Below are positions 35,160-47,074 of a DNA stretch of 64,000 bases, one piece after another. Made by a program: the position numbers and the translations under genes. Within the stretch, counting starts at the first letter, position 1. Every line of letters begins with the position of its first letter. Under the pieces are notes generated by a model that was not told the DNA's origin, did not search any database, and worked only from the letters and a program-made list of their open reading frames with translations. Source of the DNA: Mactra antiquata (taxonomy: Eukaryota); the NCBI GenBank assembly GCA_047288015.1, contig CM103820.1, forward strand, positions 86,515 to 150,514, in the 5' to 3' direction.

Positions 35160-38100
35160 CCAATAAATTATTTAAGATGAAAATGTATGTGTGTACAGAA
35201 AACAAATTGAGTAAAGATAAAAGATAAGGATCAGCTTTACCAAGTAAAGATAAAAGATAAGGATCAGCTTTACCAGGTAAAGATAAAAGATAAGGATCAG
35301 CTTTACCAAGTAAAGATAAAAGATAAGGATAAGCTTTACCAAGTAAAGATAAAAGATAAAAGATAAGCTTTACCAAGTAAAGATAAAAGATAAGGATGAG
35401 CTTTACCAAGTAAAGATAAAAGATAAGGATAAGCTTTACCAAGTAAAGATAAAAGATAAGGATAAGCTTTACCAAGTAAAGATAAAAGATAAGGATGAGC
35501 TTTACCAAGTAAAGATAAAAGATAAGGATAAGCTTTACCAAGTAAAGATGAAAGAAAAGGATCAGCTTTACCAAGTAAAGATAAAAGATAAGAATCAGCT
35601 TTACCAAGTAAAGATAATAGAAAAGGATAAGCTTTACCAAGTAAAGATAAAAGATAAGGATAAGCTTTACCAAGTAAAGATAAAAGATAAGGATAAGCTT
35701 TACCAAGTAAAGATAATAGAAAAGGATCAGCTTTACCAAGTAAAGATAATAGAAAAGGATAAGCTTTACCAAGTAACGATAAAAGATAAGGATAAGCTTT
35801 ACCAAGTAAAGATAATAGAAAAGGATCAGCTTTACCAAGTAAAGATAATAGAAAAGGATAAGCTTTACCAAGTAAAGATAAAAGATAAGGATAAGCTTTA
35901 CCAAGTAAAGATAATAGAAAAGGATCAGCTTTACCAAGTAAATTAATAGAAAAGGACGAGCTTTACCAAGTAAATTAATAGAAAAGGAGGAGCTTTACCA
36001 AGTAAATTAATAGAAAAGGAGGAGCTTTACCAAGTAAAGATAATAGAAAAGGAGGAGCTTTACCAAGTAAAGATAATAGAAAAGGAGGAGCTTTACCAAG
36101 TAAATTAATAGAAAAGGACGAGCTTTACCAAGTAAATTAATAGAAAAGGAGGAGCTTTACCAAGTAAAGATAAAAGATAAGGATAAGCTTTACCAAGTAT
36201 AGATAAAAGATAAGGATGAGCTTTACCAAGTAAAGATAAAAGATAAGGATGAGCTTTACCAAGTAAAGATAAAGGATAAGGATCAGCTTTACCAAGTAAA
36301 GATAAAAGATAAGGATAAGCTTTACCAAGTAAAGATAAAAGATAAGGATGAGCTTTACCAAGTAAAGATAAAAGATAAGGATCAGCTTTACCAAGTAAAG
36401 ATAATAGAAAAGGATCAGCTTTACCAAGTAAAGATAATAGAAAAGGATAAGCTTTACCAAGTAAAGATAAAAGATACGGATGAGCTTTACCAAGTAAAGA
36501 TAGTAGAAAAGGATCAGCTTTACCAAGTAAAGATAAAAGATAAGGATAAGCTTTACCAAGTAAAGATAAAAGATAAGGATCAGCTTTACCAAGTAAAGAT
36601 AATAGAAAAGGATCAGCTTTACCAAGTAAAGATAATAGAAAAGGATCAGCTTTACCAAGTAAAGATAATAGAAAAGGATCAGCTTTACCAAGTAAAGATA
36701 AAAGATAAGGATAAGCTTTACCAAGTAAAGATAATAGAAAAGGAGGAGCTTTACCAAGTAAATTAATAGAAAAGGAGGAGCTTTACCAAGTAAAGATAAA
36801 AGATAAGGATGAGCTTTACCAAGTAAAGATAAAAGATAAGGATCAGCTTTACCAAGTAAAGATAAAAGAAAAGGATGAGCTTTACCAAGTAAAGATAAAA
36901 GATACGGATGAGCTTTACCAAGTAAATTAATAGAAAAGGAGGAGCTTTACCAAGTAAATTAATAGAAAAGGAGGAGCTTTACCAAGTAAAGATAAAAGAT
37001 AAGAATCAGCTTTACCAAGTAAAGATAAAAGATAAGGATCAGCTTTACCAAGTAAAGATAAAAGATAAGAATCAGCTTTACCAAGTAAAGATAAAAGATA
37101 AGGATGAGCTTTACCAAGTAAAGATAAAAGATAAGGATGAGCTTTACCAAGTAAAGATAAAAGATAAGGATAAGCTTTACCAAGTAAAGATAAAAGATAA
37201 GAATCAGCTTTACCAAGTAAAGATAAAAGATAAGGATCAGCTTTACCAAGTAAAGATAAAAGATAAGGATAAGCTTTACCAAGTAAAGATAAAAGAAAAG
37301 GATAAGCTTTACCAAGTAAAGATAAAAGATACGGATGAGCTTTACCAAGTAAATTAATAGAAAAGGAGGAGCTTTACCAAGTAAATTAATAGAAAAGGAG
37401 GAGCTTTACCAAGTAAAGATAAAAGATAAGGATCAGCTTTACCAAGTAAAGATAAAAGATAAGAATCAGCTTTACCAAGTAAAGATAAAAGATAAGGATC
37501 AGCTTTACCAAATAAAAGATAAAAGATAAGAATCAGCTTTACCAAGTAAAGATAAAAGATAAGAATCAGCTTTACAAAGTAAAGATAAAAGATAAGAATC
37601 AGCTTTACCAAGTAAAGATAAAAGATAAGAATCAGCTTTACCAAGTAAAGATAAAAGATAAGAATCAGCTTTACCAAGTAAAGATAAAAGATAAGAATCA
37701 GCTTTACCAAGTAAAGATAAAAGATAAGGATCAGCTTTACCAAGTAAAGATAAAACATAAGGATCAGCTTTACCAAATAAAAGATAAAAGATAAGAATCA
37801 GCTTTACCAAGTAAAGATAAAAGATAAGAATCAGCTTTACAAAGTAAAGATAAAAGATAAGAATCAGCTTTACCAAGTAAAGATAAAAGATAAGGATCAG
37901 CTTTACCAAGTAAAGATAAAAGATAAGAATCAGCTTTACCAAGTAAAGATAAAAGATAAGGATCAGCTTTACCAAGTAAAGATAAAAGATAAGGATCAGC
38001 TTTACCAAATAAAAGATAAAAGATAAGAATCAGCTTTACCAAGTAAAGATAAAAGATAAGGATCAGCTTTACCAAGTAAAGATAAAAGATAAGGATCAGC

Positions 38101-38200
38101 TTTACCAAGTAAAGATAAAAGATAAGAATCAGCTTTACCAAGTAGAGATAAAAGATAAGGATCAGCTTTACCAAGTAAAGATAATAGAAAAGGAGGAGCT
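35160..38200 (+). repeat. 29-30-bp satellite (gctttaccaagtaaagataaaagataaggat), about 100 units with variant subfamilies, MVP intron 5
   Basis: Direct reading. This explains the long minus-strand artefact ORFs (LVKLILIFYLY...). Confidence 0.95.
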
Positions 38201-39067
38201 TTAACAGCAATTTTACATTACTGGGAATAGCAGTCAAATGTTTCTTGAAATTTCTCAGTCATAGATGTCTATAACTGGCTAAACAGACTTTACAAATCAT
38301 TCAATGACAATGACAAAACTTATTGATATAAAAGCCACCGGCCCGTTACAAGATTAGGGAGTTGTTAAACATTTTCCAATTCATGTAGTTTTATCTTACG
38401 TACAATAAAAGCATGATATAAATATGATGTAATTGATTTTATCATGTTTGGTCTTGTACTTGATATCAACATAATACATTTATTCATGTTATTATATTAT
38501 TGGGAATGTACTGGCTACGTATATTGTCTTAGTTCAGAGTTAAAAACTTAAACTATGTATCCATACATTTCCTCAATGCAAAGTGTAAACATTTCTGACA
38601 ATACTGATACAAGTTTGTCAAATTTTGGACTGAAAAAATGTGACTAGGTGGTGCGAAATATGGTTCAACTTGGCAAAACATGCACAATTTTGTGAAACTA
38701 TCTGTGAGGGCAATTTGTATCAATTTAAGAAACACATTTTCTGGAAATTTATGCAAAGTTGCAATGCATTGCTGAAAAATGTCATGTGAATATCTTTATT
38801 TAAAATTGTAATACATGTACTTAATGTCAGAATGAACTGTAATTTCAGCCAGCAACAATAGTGAGTTTTGATTTAAATGAATGTGGCTGCAAATTCCTGT
38901 TATTCAAATTCCATGGTTTTATCTAACACGACATATAATACAAAAATAACATTAGCTTCAAGGTGTGACAAACAATGTATCTACTGATAGATACATACAT
39001 GACTGCATTACTGTATCTTCCTGGTATAATCCTTTTAATGTTGACAACTGAGCAAGTAAGCTGTTAA

Positions 39068-39436
39068 GCAGGGCTCGAATTTAAGCTCACATACTCGCAA
39101 AATGCGAGTGGATTTTGAAAATTGCGAGTAACTTTTATTTTAATTTGCAAATTTTCGCGAGTTGAAATCGCCGCAAAAAATAAACGTTATATAAGATAAT
39201 AAATCTCTCAGGTGTGGGTAGCATGTAAACATGGACAAATTTATTAAATACTTTTCAAGTGGACCGGCTCAAGAAGAACCAATAACAAAACAATCCAAAC
39301 TAGACCCATCATTAAAGCCATATACTGAAATTTGGAGAAAAAAATTGTGAGTGCTTTTTTCATTTTGCGAGTTGAAATAAAATCAACTCTCAAAAATTTG
39401 AAAATCCTATTTTTGTTAAATTGAGCCCTGCTGTTA
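39068..39436. mobile_element. hAT-like MITE (TIR cagggctcgaatttaa), nested inside a SINE, 8-bp TSD ctgttaag/ctgttaaa
   Basis: The TIR ends and the imperfect 8-bp direct duplication flanking them are visible. The interrupted host SINE (38985-39067 plus 39437-39495) matches the SINE at 56215-56400. Confidence 0.75.
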
Positions 39437-39665
39437 AAGTACCATTTGTTCCGTCTTTGGTATGACACAACCTAGGATTGAACTAGAGTTGTTGTGGTGG
39501 GAGAATGTAACATGGTTCAGAAATAACTGCTTGTTTAAGGTCTTATGTATTGTGATAGGAACCAAATTGTGATACCTTTACTGCACACTGCTAAGTGTGG
39601 GATGAGTGAACCATGGCAGCCTTTGCATGAAGTCTGTTTTAAGAAACATGTTATGTATATTGTAG

Positions 39666-39735
39666 GAAGCGTGTTACTGGTGAGGAATGGTATGTAAATC
39701 AGCCAGGAGCATATTTACCTGGAGTCTGTGAAGAG
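39666..39735 (+). CDS. MVP: MVP exon 6
   Basis: Encodes (R)KRVTGEEWYVNQPGAYLPGVCEE, matching human [23 protein letters not shown]. Donor gtaaaa. Confidence 0.9.
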
Positions 39736-40404
39736 GTAAAAATTTCAAACATTCTATATGCTGCACAATGTGTCATTTCTTCCTTGTCTTAAACTTTCAT
39801 ATTGGTGAACATTTGTATAAACTTAATAAGAAACTTTATAAGAACTAGTTAGCCTTTATAAAATTGTATTGTTACAGTTGAATGAATTCAGCCAATGGAG
39901 GTCATTATTCCTTCCATTAGGTTCATCTGTAGTTAGATTTAGGCATCAGGAATTATTTGTGGCTCCGGTCTTGACTCTCACGTATGTAATTGGACTACAA
40001 TAATGAAACAATTCAAACATCAAAGGTCATTGATATCACTGATTACTTACAACATACATCTCCTGTTAGCACACTGTATCACATAGGTAACAAACATAAA
40101 TCTTCCATCCTAGTCGTTCTCTAGCGTGTTGCCCTGCTTCTCCCCATGTCAACCATCCAATCTCTTTTTAACTCCTTTACAACCATTCTTCTCCAATTTT
40201 CTCAAGGTCATCCATCTTCTTGTCTACCTGGTGGAGTCCATGTGACTGACTATCTATATCTTATAATGCCCAGACAGAATATTTCATGTTTGTCTGACAA
40301 TATTTTCACTCTCACACTTACAGTATGTTACAGTGTACATGTATCAGTCAGACATGGTCGTCTAAGTTACTGCCTGTGATCAAAATGATATGGTTTGTGT
40401 CAGG

Positions 40405-40700
40405 TTGTGTCGTCCGCCCAGCTAGCTCAGTTGGTAGCATCTATGCCTTCCAATCAAAGGGTTTCTGGTATGATTCTTGAGTAGGAACTGCACACCTTTG
40501 TGGAATTTGGTCATGAAATACTTCCTACGGTCATTCTAATTCCTTCCAGTGTATCAAGTACATGTAGGGCAGTTGTCAGGCACTTGCGAAGGTATGTGCT
40601 TAGTACTGGTTAAACGCTTGGGTCTAGAGATCTAAGCCTCTCGAGGGACGGTTAGTAGGTCGACTGACCGCCGCAATATGACTGAAAAATAGTTAAAAAA
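40405..40700 (+). mobile_element. tRNA-derived SINE (MVP intron 6)
   Basis: Head gcccagctagctcagttggtagcatctatgccttccaatcaaagggtt followed by the conserved body and the tail gactgaccgccgcaatatgactgaaaaat. Confidence 0.8.
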
Positions 40701-40800
40701 GTGGCGTACAGCACAATAAATTAAAAATAATCATTTGAATTTAAATGTCATGACTAAAAGAGTTTAAAAAGTGAGTATATACAATTTTTGTCTATGTCAG

Positions 40801-40895
40801 GTTGTTTGTGTTGAGAACAGAAGAAGTCTAACAGTTAATACAGGTCTTAGATTGAAAGCTTTACAGACACTAGTGGATGTGAATGGAGTTAAAAG
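40801..40895 (+). CDS. MVP: MVP exon 7
   Basis: Encodes VVCVENRRSLTVNTGLRLKALQTLVDVNGVK(R), matching human [32 protein letters not shown]. Donor gtaaac. Confidence 0.85.
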
Positions 40896-41139
40896 GTAAA
40901 CTAGTCATCTTCTATTCATGTATTGGGTTATTGAACATCATTTTTAGCTGCAGCTGTGGCACAGTGGTTGAGCATCAGTGCAGCTGAATGGCGTAACAAC
41001 CTAGATTTTTCATTAACATTCTAGAAAAGCCTTCAGTTTTGTTACTATGTATTGTAACATAGGTACATTGTATTGTGTTGGTTTTATTTGTTTCTTTTAT
41101 TGTGTTTTATGCTTCCCCTTTGACAATTCTTCAGACATA

Positions 41140-41385
41140 TAGTGTCAGTTAGTCGACCTACTCATTTACTCTTGAGAGGCTGAGATCTCTAGACCCAAGC
41201 TGTTAACCAGTAAGCACATACCTGACAACTGCCCTACTTGATAAAGCAGTATGTGGCAGAATGGTCATAGAAAGTATTTCATGACCAATCTCCCTTAGGG
41301 TATGTAGGTCTTTCCTGGGAATTGATCCCAGGATCTCTGAATTGACAGTCAGACAGAGCTATGGACTGAGCTATACAGTAGATAT
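41140..41385 (-). mobile_element. tRNA-derived SINE, minus orientation (MVP intron 7)
   Basis: Reverse complement of the 40405 type (...ctcgagag..agatctctagacccaagc.gttaaccagtaagcacatacc...). Confidence 0.7.
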
Positions 41386-41409
41386 AAATTGGTATTATGT
41401 TATTATAGA

Positions 41410-41476
41410 TTAGCAGGAGAAGAATGGCTGCTTACTGGTGAAGAACAAGATGAATATTATCCACAGATTGGTGTGG
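41410..41476 (+). CDS. MVP: MVP exon 8
   Basis: Encodes (R)LAGEEWLLTGEEQDEYYPQIGV, matching human [24 protein letters not shown]. Donor gtatgt. Confidence 0.85.
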
Positions 41477-41532
41477 TATGTTATATTGTATATAGTTATT
41501 TTATACTGCTATTAATAAGCAGATTATATACA

Positions 41533-42712
41533 GTGAAACCCCTCTATATCGGAAATCCTTCTATCCGGAATTCCCTCCATACCGGATTTTTTCGTTGGTC
41601 CCAAATACTTTACTCTAAATTCATTGAAAGGAAACACCCTCCAATCCGGAAACCCCTCTATTCCGGAAACCGGATGAGTTTTAAACTTAATTTGATATTT
41701 TGTATCACAAAATGACCCCTGTGTATCGGATGGCAACTAATGTTTGCACTAGTATTTAACGATCCTCCGAAAACTGGACTTCGATGACACCTCTCTACCT
41801 ACAATATACAGGTGACACTCCAATATACGACTCAATACATTATTTTATGTTCTCATCTCTTCTATTCTGGAAACGAATCTTTATATCCAACTCAATAAAC
41901 TTGAAATGTGTGTCAAACTGTTAATTGTTGTGTAGAATATAACAATTAACAACTTATTAAAATTACAAACATATTGTTACCTAATAGTGACATACCCGAT
42001 AATTACATGTAACTACATTAAGAAATATTTCTATGTCCACGTAAATAGTCATAAAAAAACCAAAAAAAACAATGATAATTTAACTTAATGTGTCGAATTG
42101 TTTTATTCCATTAAATCAATCAAAGAAATCTCCCACCTACAATATAAACTTCTATATCGCAGTTTCCTTTGATCATGTTCCGACTCGAAAGAGTTGTTAT
42201 GTCGGCAAGTCTTTGAACTTTTGAACTCGGGGTTAACTAGCTACGTCTTACACAATGTACATCAGTTCTCATGTTATGTGGAATTAAATATATTACGGAT
42301 CTTCAATCTTGAATTTGGACAGTATGTTTATTTTGAGCATCATCCGAGTAATGGTGCAACTTTATTGTTAACATCCATTAGTGTTACACTGTTAATCAGG
42401 GATAAATATTAAGTAATAGTGTGTAACATTTTACTTGAAAAATATGGGATAAATGTTCAAATGAATTTAAATGTTCATTCAGTTTTACCTCAATCTTGAA
42501 AGTGAAAGCAAAGGAAATTTTTGAAAAAAAAACCTTTAAAGATTGATATTATCAAACATTTCAAAACAAGATTCAAAATATCGTTTCCATGAGGATATAT
42601 TGTTGTATCTAAGGGACCCAATGCAGGACCCCTCTATTCCGGAAACCTCTCCAAACCGGAACTTTTTCTTGTCATGGAGCTAGTCAGGTTTAGAGGGGTT
42701 TACTATATATGT
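41533..42712. mobile_element. TIR element (about 1.2 kb) with ccggaa-rich subterminal repeats, MVP intron 8
   Basis: The termini tatacagtgaaacccctcta and tagaggggtttactatata are inverted complements, with multiple (t)ccggaa(a) motifs near both ends. No long ORF is present. Confidence 0.6.
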
Positions 42713-42760
42713 ATAGGTGATGGAAGTTGTTGATATCCACAGATTGGTGTGGTAGGTTAT

Positions 42761-42769
<9 letters not shown>

Positions 42770-42805
<36 letters not shown>

Positions 42806-42812
42806 CTTTTTT
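42770..42812. repeat. (TA)n microsatellite
   Basis: Direct reading of the sequence. Confidence 0.95.
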
Positions 42813-43039
42813 ACTACTGTGATTTAACAGATCAATCATACATATAGGTGGTGGAAGCTGTTGATACTTGTGGAAGGGTTAGCAAGTACTAACAAGGAAT
42901 GAGTCCATGAGAGATGGTTTGGTGAGCTGGTTGCTGTAGTTAACTGAAAAAATGTTGTTGAACTGTGTAAAATCCAAACAACCATAAATTTCATGATTGA
43001 TAAGAGCATCATTCTATATCTTGTAACATATTTCTTATT

Positions 43040-43290
43040 TAATATAACACCTACCTCCTTGTCAAGTGGTTAAGGTTGCTGACATTTAATCACAGTAACC
43101 TCTCACTGTTAGAGGGTCATGGTTTCAAGCCCAGCTCCTATCACAATTTTATGTTAGAAAGAAGGCAGTTGCTTGCAGAAGATAGGTTTCCAGTACTGAT
43201 GAATCCCAGGAAACACGTTATGTGAACTGTCCTCATCATTGGACTCTGACTGCTGAAAAGCAACATAAAACAAAACCAAGGGTCCGTAAG
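43040..43290 (+). mobile_element. SINE family S2 (tRNA-like head ..gttagagggtcatggtttcaagcccagctcc)
   Basis: Shares its head and body with 53050-53270. A further fragment lies at 44935-44995. Confidence 0.65.
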
Positions 43291-43641
43291 GATGTCGCTG
43301 CCTAGTGATTTTTGAAAGTGTTTTTTTTTGCAGCAAACAAGTTCTGTGGAACGGTTTTGCTTCAAGCTAGCAAATCCAAGATGGCGACTTCCACAAACAA
43401 AAGTTTAGAATTGTTACAAATGAAAAATATACTGATCAGTCATCACCACGCTTATTAACTTTAAACTGCTCCCAATGTTTAAGCTAGCAGGAAAAAAACT
43501 TGCTCGGTAGTGCTAGCTGCATTTCCATTTGCTACATTGTAGCAGACCGTTTCATAGAAAATGTCTACATAGTGCTAGCTAGAGATAGCCTTTCGGAACG
43601 GGCGCCAAATCATCTTATTGAATGTTTTAATTTTACTTTAG

Positions 43642-43783
43642 GAAGTTGTATCTAGTGAAAATCGTGTAGTTCTAAGAAGTGGACAATTTTGTGTTGTATT
43701 AGATCCTGTGGATAAAAAGTTTAAACCACAATTTGGTAGAAGAGAACTTAGGAAAGGATGTTCTTCATTTTTCTTACACCCAG
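43642..43783 (+). CDS. MVP: MVP exon 9
   Basis: Encodes EVVSSENRVVLRSGQFCVVLDPVDKKFKPQFGRRELRKGCSSFFLHP(G), matching human [46 protein letters not shown]. Confidence 0.88.
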
Positions 43784-44194
43784 GTAAATAAATGTCACTA
43801 GGGTATTTACATTGATGAAAATTTCAGGATTGTTTCAGACTTTGTAGTGGTCTAAACTATCTTACAGTGCTTGAAAAAAGCAAGTTTTCATATGGAGTGC
43901 ATGATTTACAAACGATACACATGCAGAATGCAGGATTCTTGTAAAGACCACTTTTGTTATTTCAAATCATGCAATTTTTGACAATTATCAAGACCCAAAT
44001 GCTTAATTTGTGAAGAAAAAGGTTCCTATAATAAGACCATTTCGCTATCAAGACCATCGATTTTGCTGATCTTAATAGCGGAACTTCACTGTAGTGCACT
44101 TATAGGTGAAAATCTGTCAATTAACTTTTGATAATACTGGCGTACCTAAATGTTTTCATCTCCTACTGTTACTAATGTATTATAATGATTTCAG

Positions 44195-44296
44195 GAGAGA
44201 AAATAGAGAAAGGGATACAAAGTAGTTTTGTGCTATCAGAAGATGAAGCTATCATTGTTGTTGCTAGGGAAGAATTTAAAGATACAAATTTACAAG
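44195..44296 (+). CDS. MVP: MVP exon 10
   Basis: Encodes (G)EKIEKGIQSSFVLSEDEAIIVVAREEFKDTNLQ, matching human [29 protein letters not shown]. Confidence 0.88.
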
Positions 44297-44334
44297 GTAT
44301 TTGATAGAAATTATTGTATTGACTTCCATCTTAT

Positions 44335-44560
44335 CTGCGGCCATGGCATAGTGGTTAGCATGTCTGACCTCGAATCCGGAGATCCCGGGTTCGAGCCCAG
44401 TCGCGGTAGGTCATACCCTATACATGAGTTGTCGGCCTCTGGTAGGGTAAGTTAGTACTGGTGATAGAAAAGTGTCCAGGAAACCTATAGTAGAAAGAGC
44501 TGGCCGTCGTATGTATGACCTAAATATGTGTTGAATACGACGTTTAAGCCATCTTATCAC
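44335..44560 (+). mobile_element. SINE family S3 (head ggccatggcatagtggttagcatgtctgacctcgaatccggagatcccgggttcgagccc)
   Basis: Related copies lie at 53990-54235 and 59105-59335. Confidence 0.7.
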
Positions 44561-44586
44561 TGACGTATTATGGGGTTCAGCGGATT

Positions 44587-44768
44587 TAGTGATTATTCTA
44601 GAACTTAGAAAAGGGCAGGGAGGCAGATAAAAGGGGCAGGGTGCATCAAAGGGTTGTTTCTAAGTTCCTATTTCTGCATAGGGAGAAGCAAAATAGGGCT
44701 GGGAGGAGAGAAAAAGGGCAGGGTGCAGTGCCCCACTCTTCTGCTTTAGAAAAATCGCTAGTGGATTG
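44587..44768. mobile_element. Palindromic MITE family D, second copy (MVP intron 10)
   Basis: Matches 22189-22370. Confidence 0.7.
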
Positions 44769-45014
44769 AATGTTGGGTGACTTGCAATGCGATTTATGTC
44801 ATTTAGTTATTTTGATAAATGCAATTGCACTCAGAACTTGTGGAGTTCTGTTGATATATTGTTTGTGTGCAATGAAGCAGTAAATAAGAAATTTGTTATT
44901 ATTATCTTCTTTTTAGAATCATGGAACCTTTGTGATTGAGTGGTTAAAGTTGCTGACTTCATATCCCTGTAATCAGTGAGGTTTTACTGTATTATGTTTT
45001 GTAGGTAAAAGTGT

Positions 45015-45108
45015 TGTACGTAAATGTGGTGAAAGATGGATGATATATGGACCTGTAGAATATATACCTTGTATTGAGGTAGAAGTCATTGATAAAAGGT
45101 TAGTTTAT
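45015..45108 (+). CDS. MVP: MVP exon 11
   Basis: Encodes (G)KSVVRKCGERWMIYGPVEYIPCIEVEVIDK(R), matching human [27 protein letters not shown]. Confidence 0.88.
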
Positions 45109-45557
45109 TGTAGACCTGCATATCTTAAATCAAGTCGCGATACAATACACATTACTATACAATAGTGGTGATAAGATATACTATAGCAATAGTAAAATTT
45201 TAATGACATGTATTCAAGTTTTAAATTGTTGCCTAAAATCTATTATTCTGCTACTAAAAATACATAGCGCAAAAAATGAAAATGACATAAATTGACTGAT
45301 TACCACAATTTTATTTATAAAAATTGACTTGATGATGATGTACTAGGTTTAATATACTATTGATATAAGTACATGTATATACGTGTATGATACAATGTTA
45401 GAAATTGAAAACTTACGTTTTCTGAAGAGAAAACTACATTTGAATTCTACTTATTGATTATTGACATAGCAATCTTAATCTTGTTTTTACGGTTCCGATA
45501 CGATACAGCACCTCCGATATGTTACAATACGTTTGTAAATGTACTTTTATTTTATAG

Positions 45558-45618
45558 AAAACAGATACCATTAAGTAAAAATGAAGGTATATACGTACAA
45601 GATATCAAGACAGGAAAA
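45558..45618 (+). CDS. MVP: MVP exon 12
   Basis: Encodes [20 protein letters not shown], matching human [20 protein letters not shown]. Donor gtaagg. Confidence 0.92.
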
Positions 45619-45639
45619 GTAAGGATTTTTTTATGACTG

Positions 45640-45840
45640 TTTATTGTTCATAATGACAAGAGGACAATGTTTGAAAATCAGTCTTAGTGTAATATATAGC
45701 ACAATTTTACTGTTCATAATGACTGGAGGACAATGTTTGAAAATCAGTCTTAGTGTAATATATAGCACAATTTTACTGTTCATAATGACTGGAGGACAAT
45801 GTTTGAAAATCAGTCTTAGTGTAATATATGGCACAATTTA
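45640..45840 (+). repeat. 66-bp tandem repeat x3 (MVP intron 12)
   Basis: ttcataatgac.ggaggacaatgtttgaaaatcagtcttagtgtaatatatagcacaattttactg repeated. Confidence 0.9.
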
Positions 45841-46074
45841 ACAAGGTGTAAGATTATTTTTATGAAGGCGCATAATATTTTCTCATAGATTATGGTCCAA
45901 TGATCTAATTTGTTCAAGAAAGGTTTCGTATATTTTCATGGGAGATTTGGTAGGTTGGAGTTAAGACAGTGATTATTCACAGAGACTTGTATGAATTCAA
46001 CATTGTGAGTACGCTTTTAGTATTGAATGAAATCTAAAGTTAGTTTATGCTTATTGTTGTTATATATTTTTTAG

Positions 46075-46169
46075 GTTAGATCTATAATGGGACCAGAGTC
46101 TTATATGTTAAAATCATATGAACATTTATGGGAGAAACCTTTAGATCCTATAGTTGAAGAATTGTTAAG
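46075..46169 (+). CDS. MVP: MVP exon 13
   Basis: Encodes VRSIMGPESYMLKSYEHLWEKPLDPIVEELL(R), matching human [32 protein letters not shown]. Confidence 0.9.
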
Positions 46170-46219
46170 GTAATGTATTGGTTATTGATTCTATCAGGTT
46201 TTGATTTATGAATTGTATT

Positions 46220-46612
46220 ACCAGGGTTCGAATTTAAACTCGCATACTTGCAAAATGTGAGTGGATTATGAAAATTGCAAGCAACTTTTATTTTAACTCA
46301 CAAATTTTCGCGAGATGAAATCGTCGCAAAATTATTACTGTCTAAACTAATAAGGCTCAAATTGCCTTGAAACAGATTGAAAAACTTTGATTCTTCAGCT
46401 ACAGACAGACGCATTATGTTAGATAATAAATCTCTCAGGTGTGGTTTAGATATAGGACTATGTTGTATGTTATGTTGCATATATATGAATAGTTACGCTA
46501 TTAAAATTTGGAGAAAAAAATTGCGAGTGTTTTTTTTTTATTTTGCAAGTTGAAATAAAATCAAGTCACAAAAATTTGCAAGTCCTATTTTGTGTTAAAT
46601 TGGAGCCCTGTG
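46220..46612. mobile_element. hAT-like MITE (TIR cagggttcgaatttaa), second copy, 8-bp TSD tgtattac/tgtatgac (MVP intron 13)
   Basis: The TIRs and flanking duplication are visible. It is homologous to 39068-39436. Confidence 0.75.
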
Positions 46613-47074
46613 TATGACAATAGTAACAGTCTTGTGATATCTCAGTGAGAAGTTGGTATCATGAACTCTGTGATGTTTTAGGTAGGGTTTTACCATGCAA
46701 CAACTTGTCAGTTTCTTCCGAAATTCAATTTAATATCTGACATATCTACCATGCATGTAGACTATAGGCTTCATCCAGAACTCAAATTTATGTTTTTTTC
46801 CATGGGGTACGAACAAAATTGTACCATTACAATAATATACAATGTATGTGTATTTAGAACAGTTGGTCAATTTTTTGTTGAATGCTTTTCAGAAATAGTG
46901 CCTAAGAAACTGTATTTGTATGAGGTGAGAAAAAACCATCAACTTAAGTTCTGGATTACTTCTATTTTGGAATGTCTAGGGAGGTCTGTATCACTTGGAT
47001 GGATCAATCCATGTGTTGTAGATGTAGCTCTTTCAATTTGGGTCTAACTATTATTGATTATTGAATATATTGCC

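Noticed and set aside
35155-38237. Several 130-260-codon ORFs (LVKLILIFYLY..., KDKDKLYQVKI...)
   Set aside because: These are translations of the 29-bp intronic satellite on both strands. They lie entirely within MVP intron 5.
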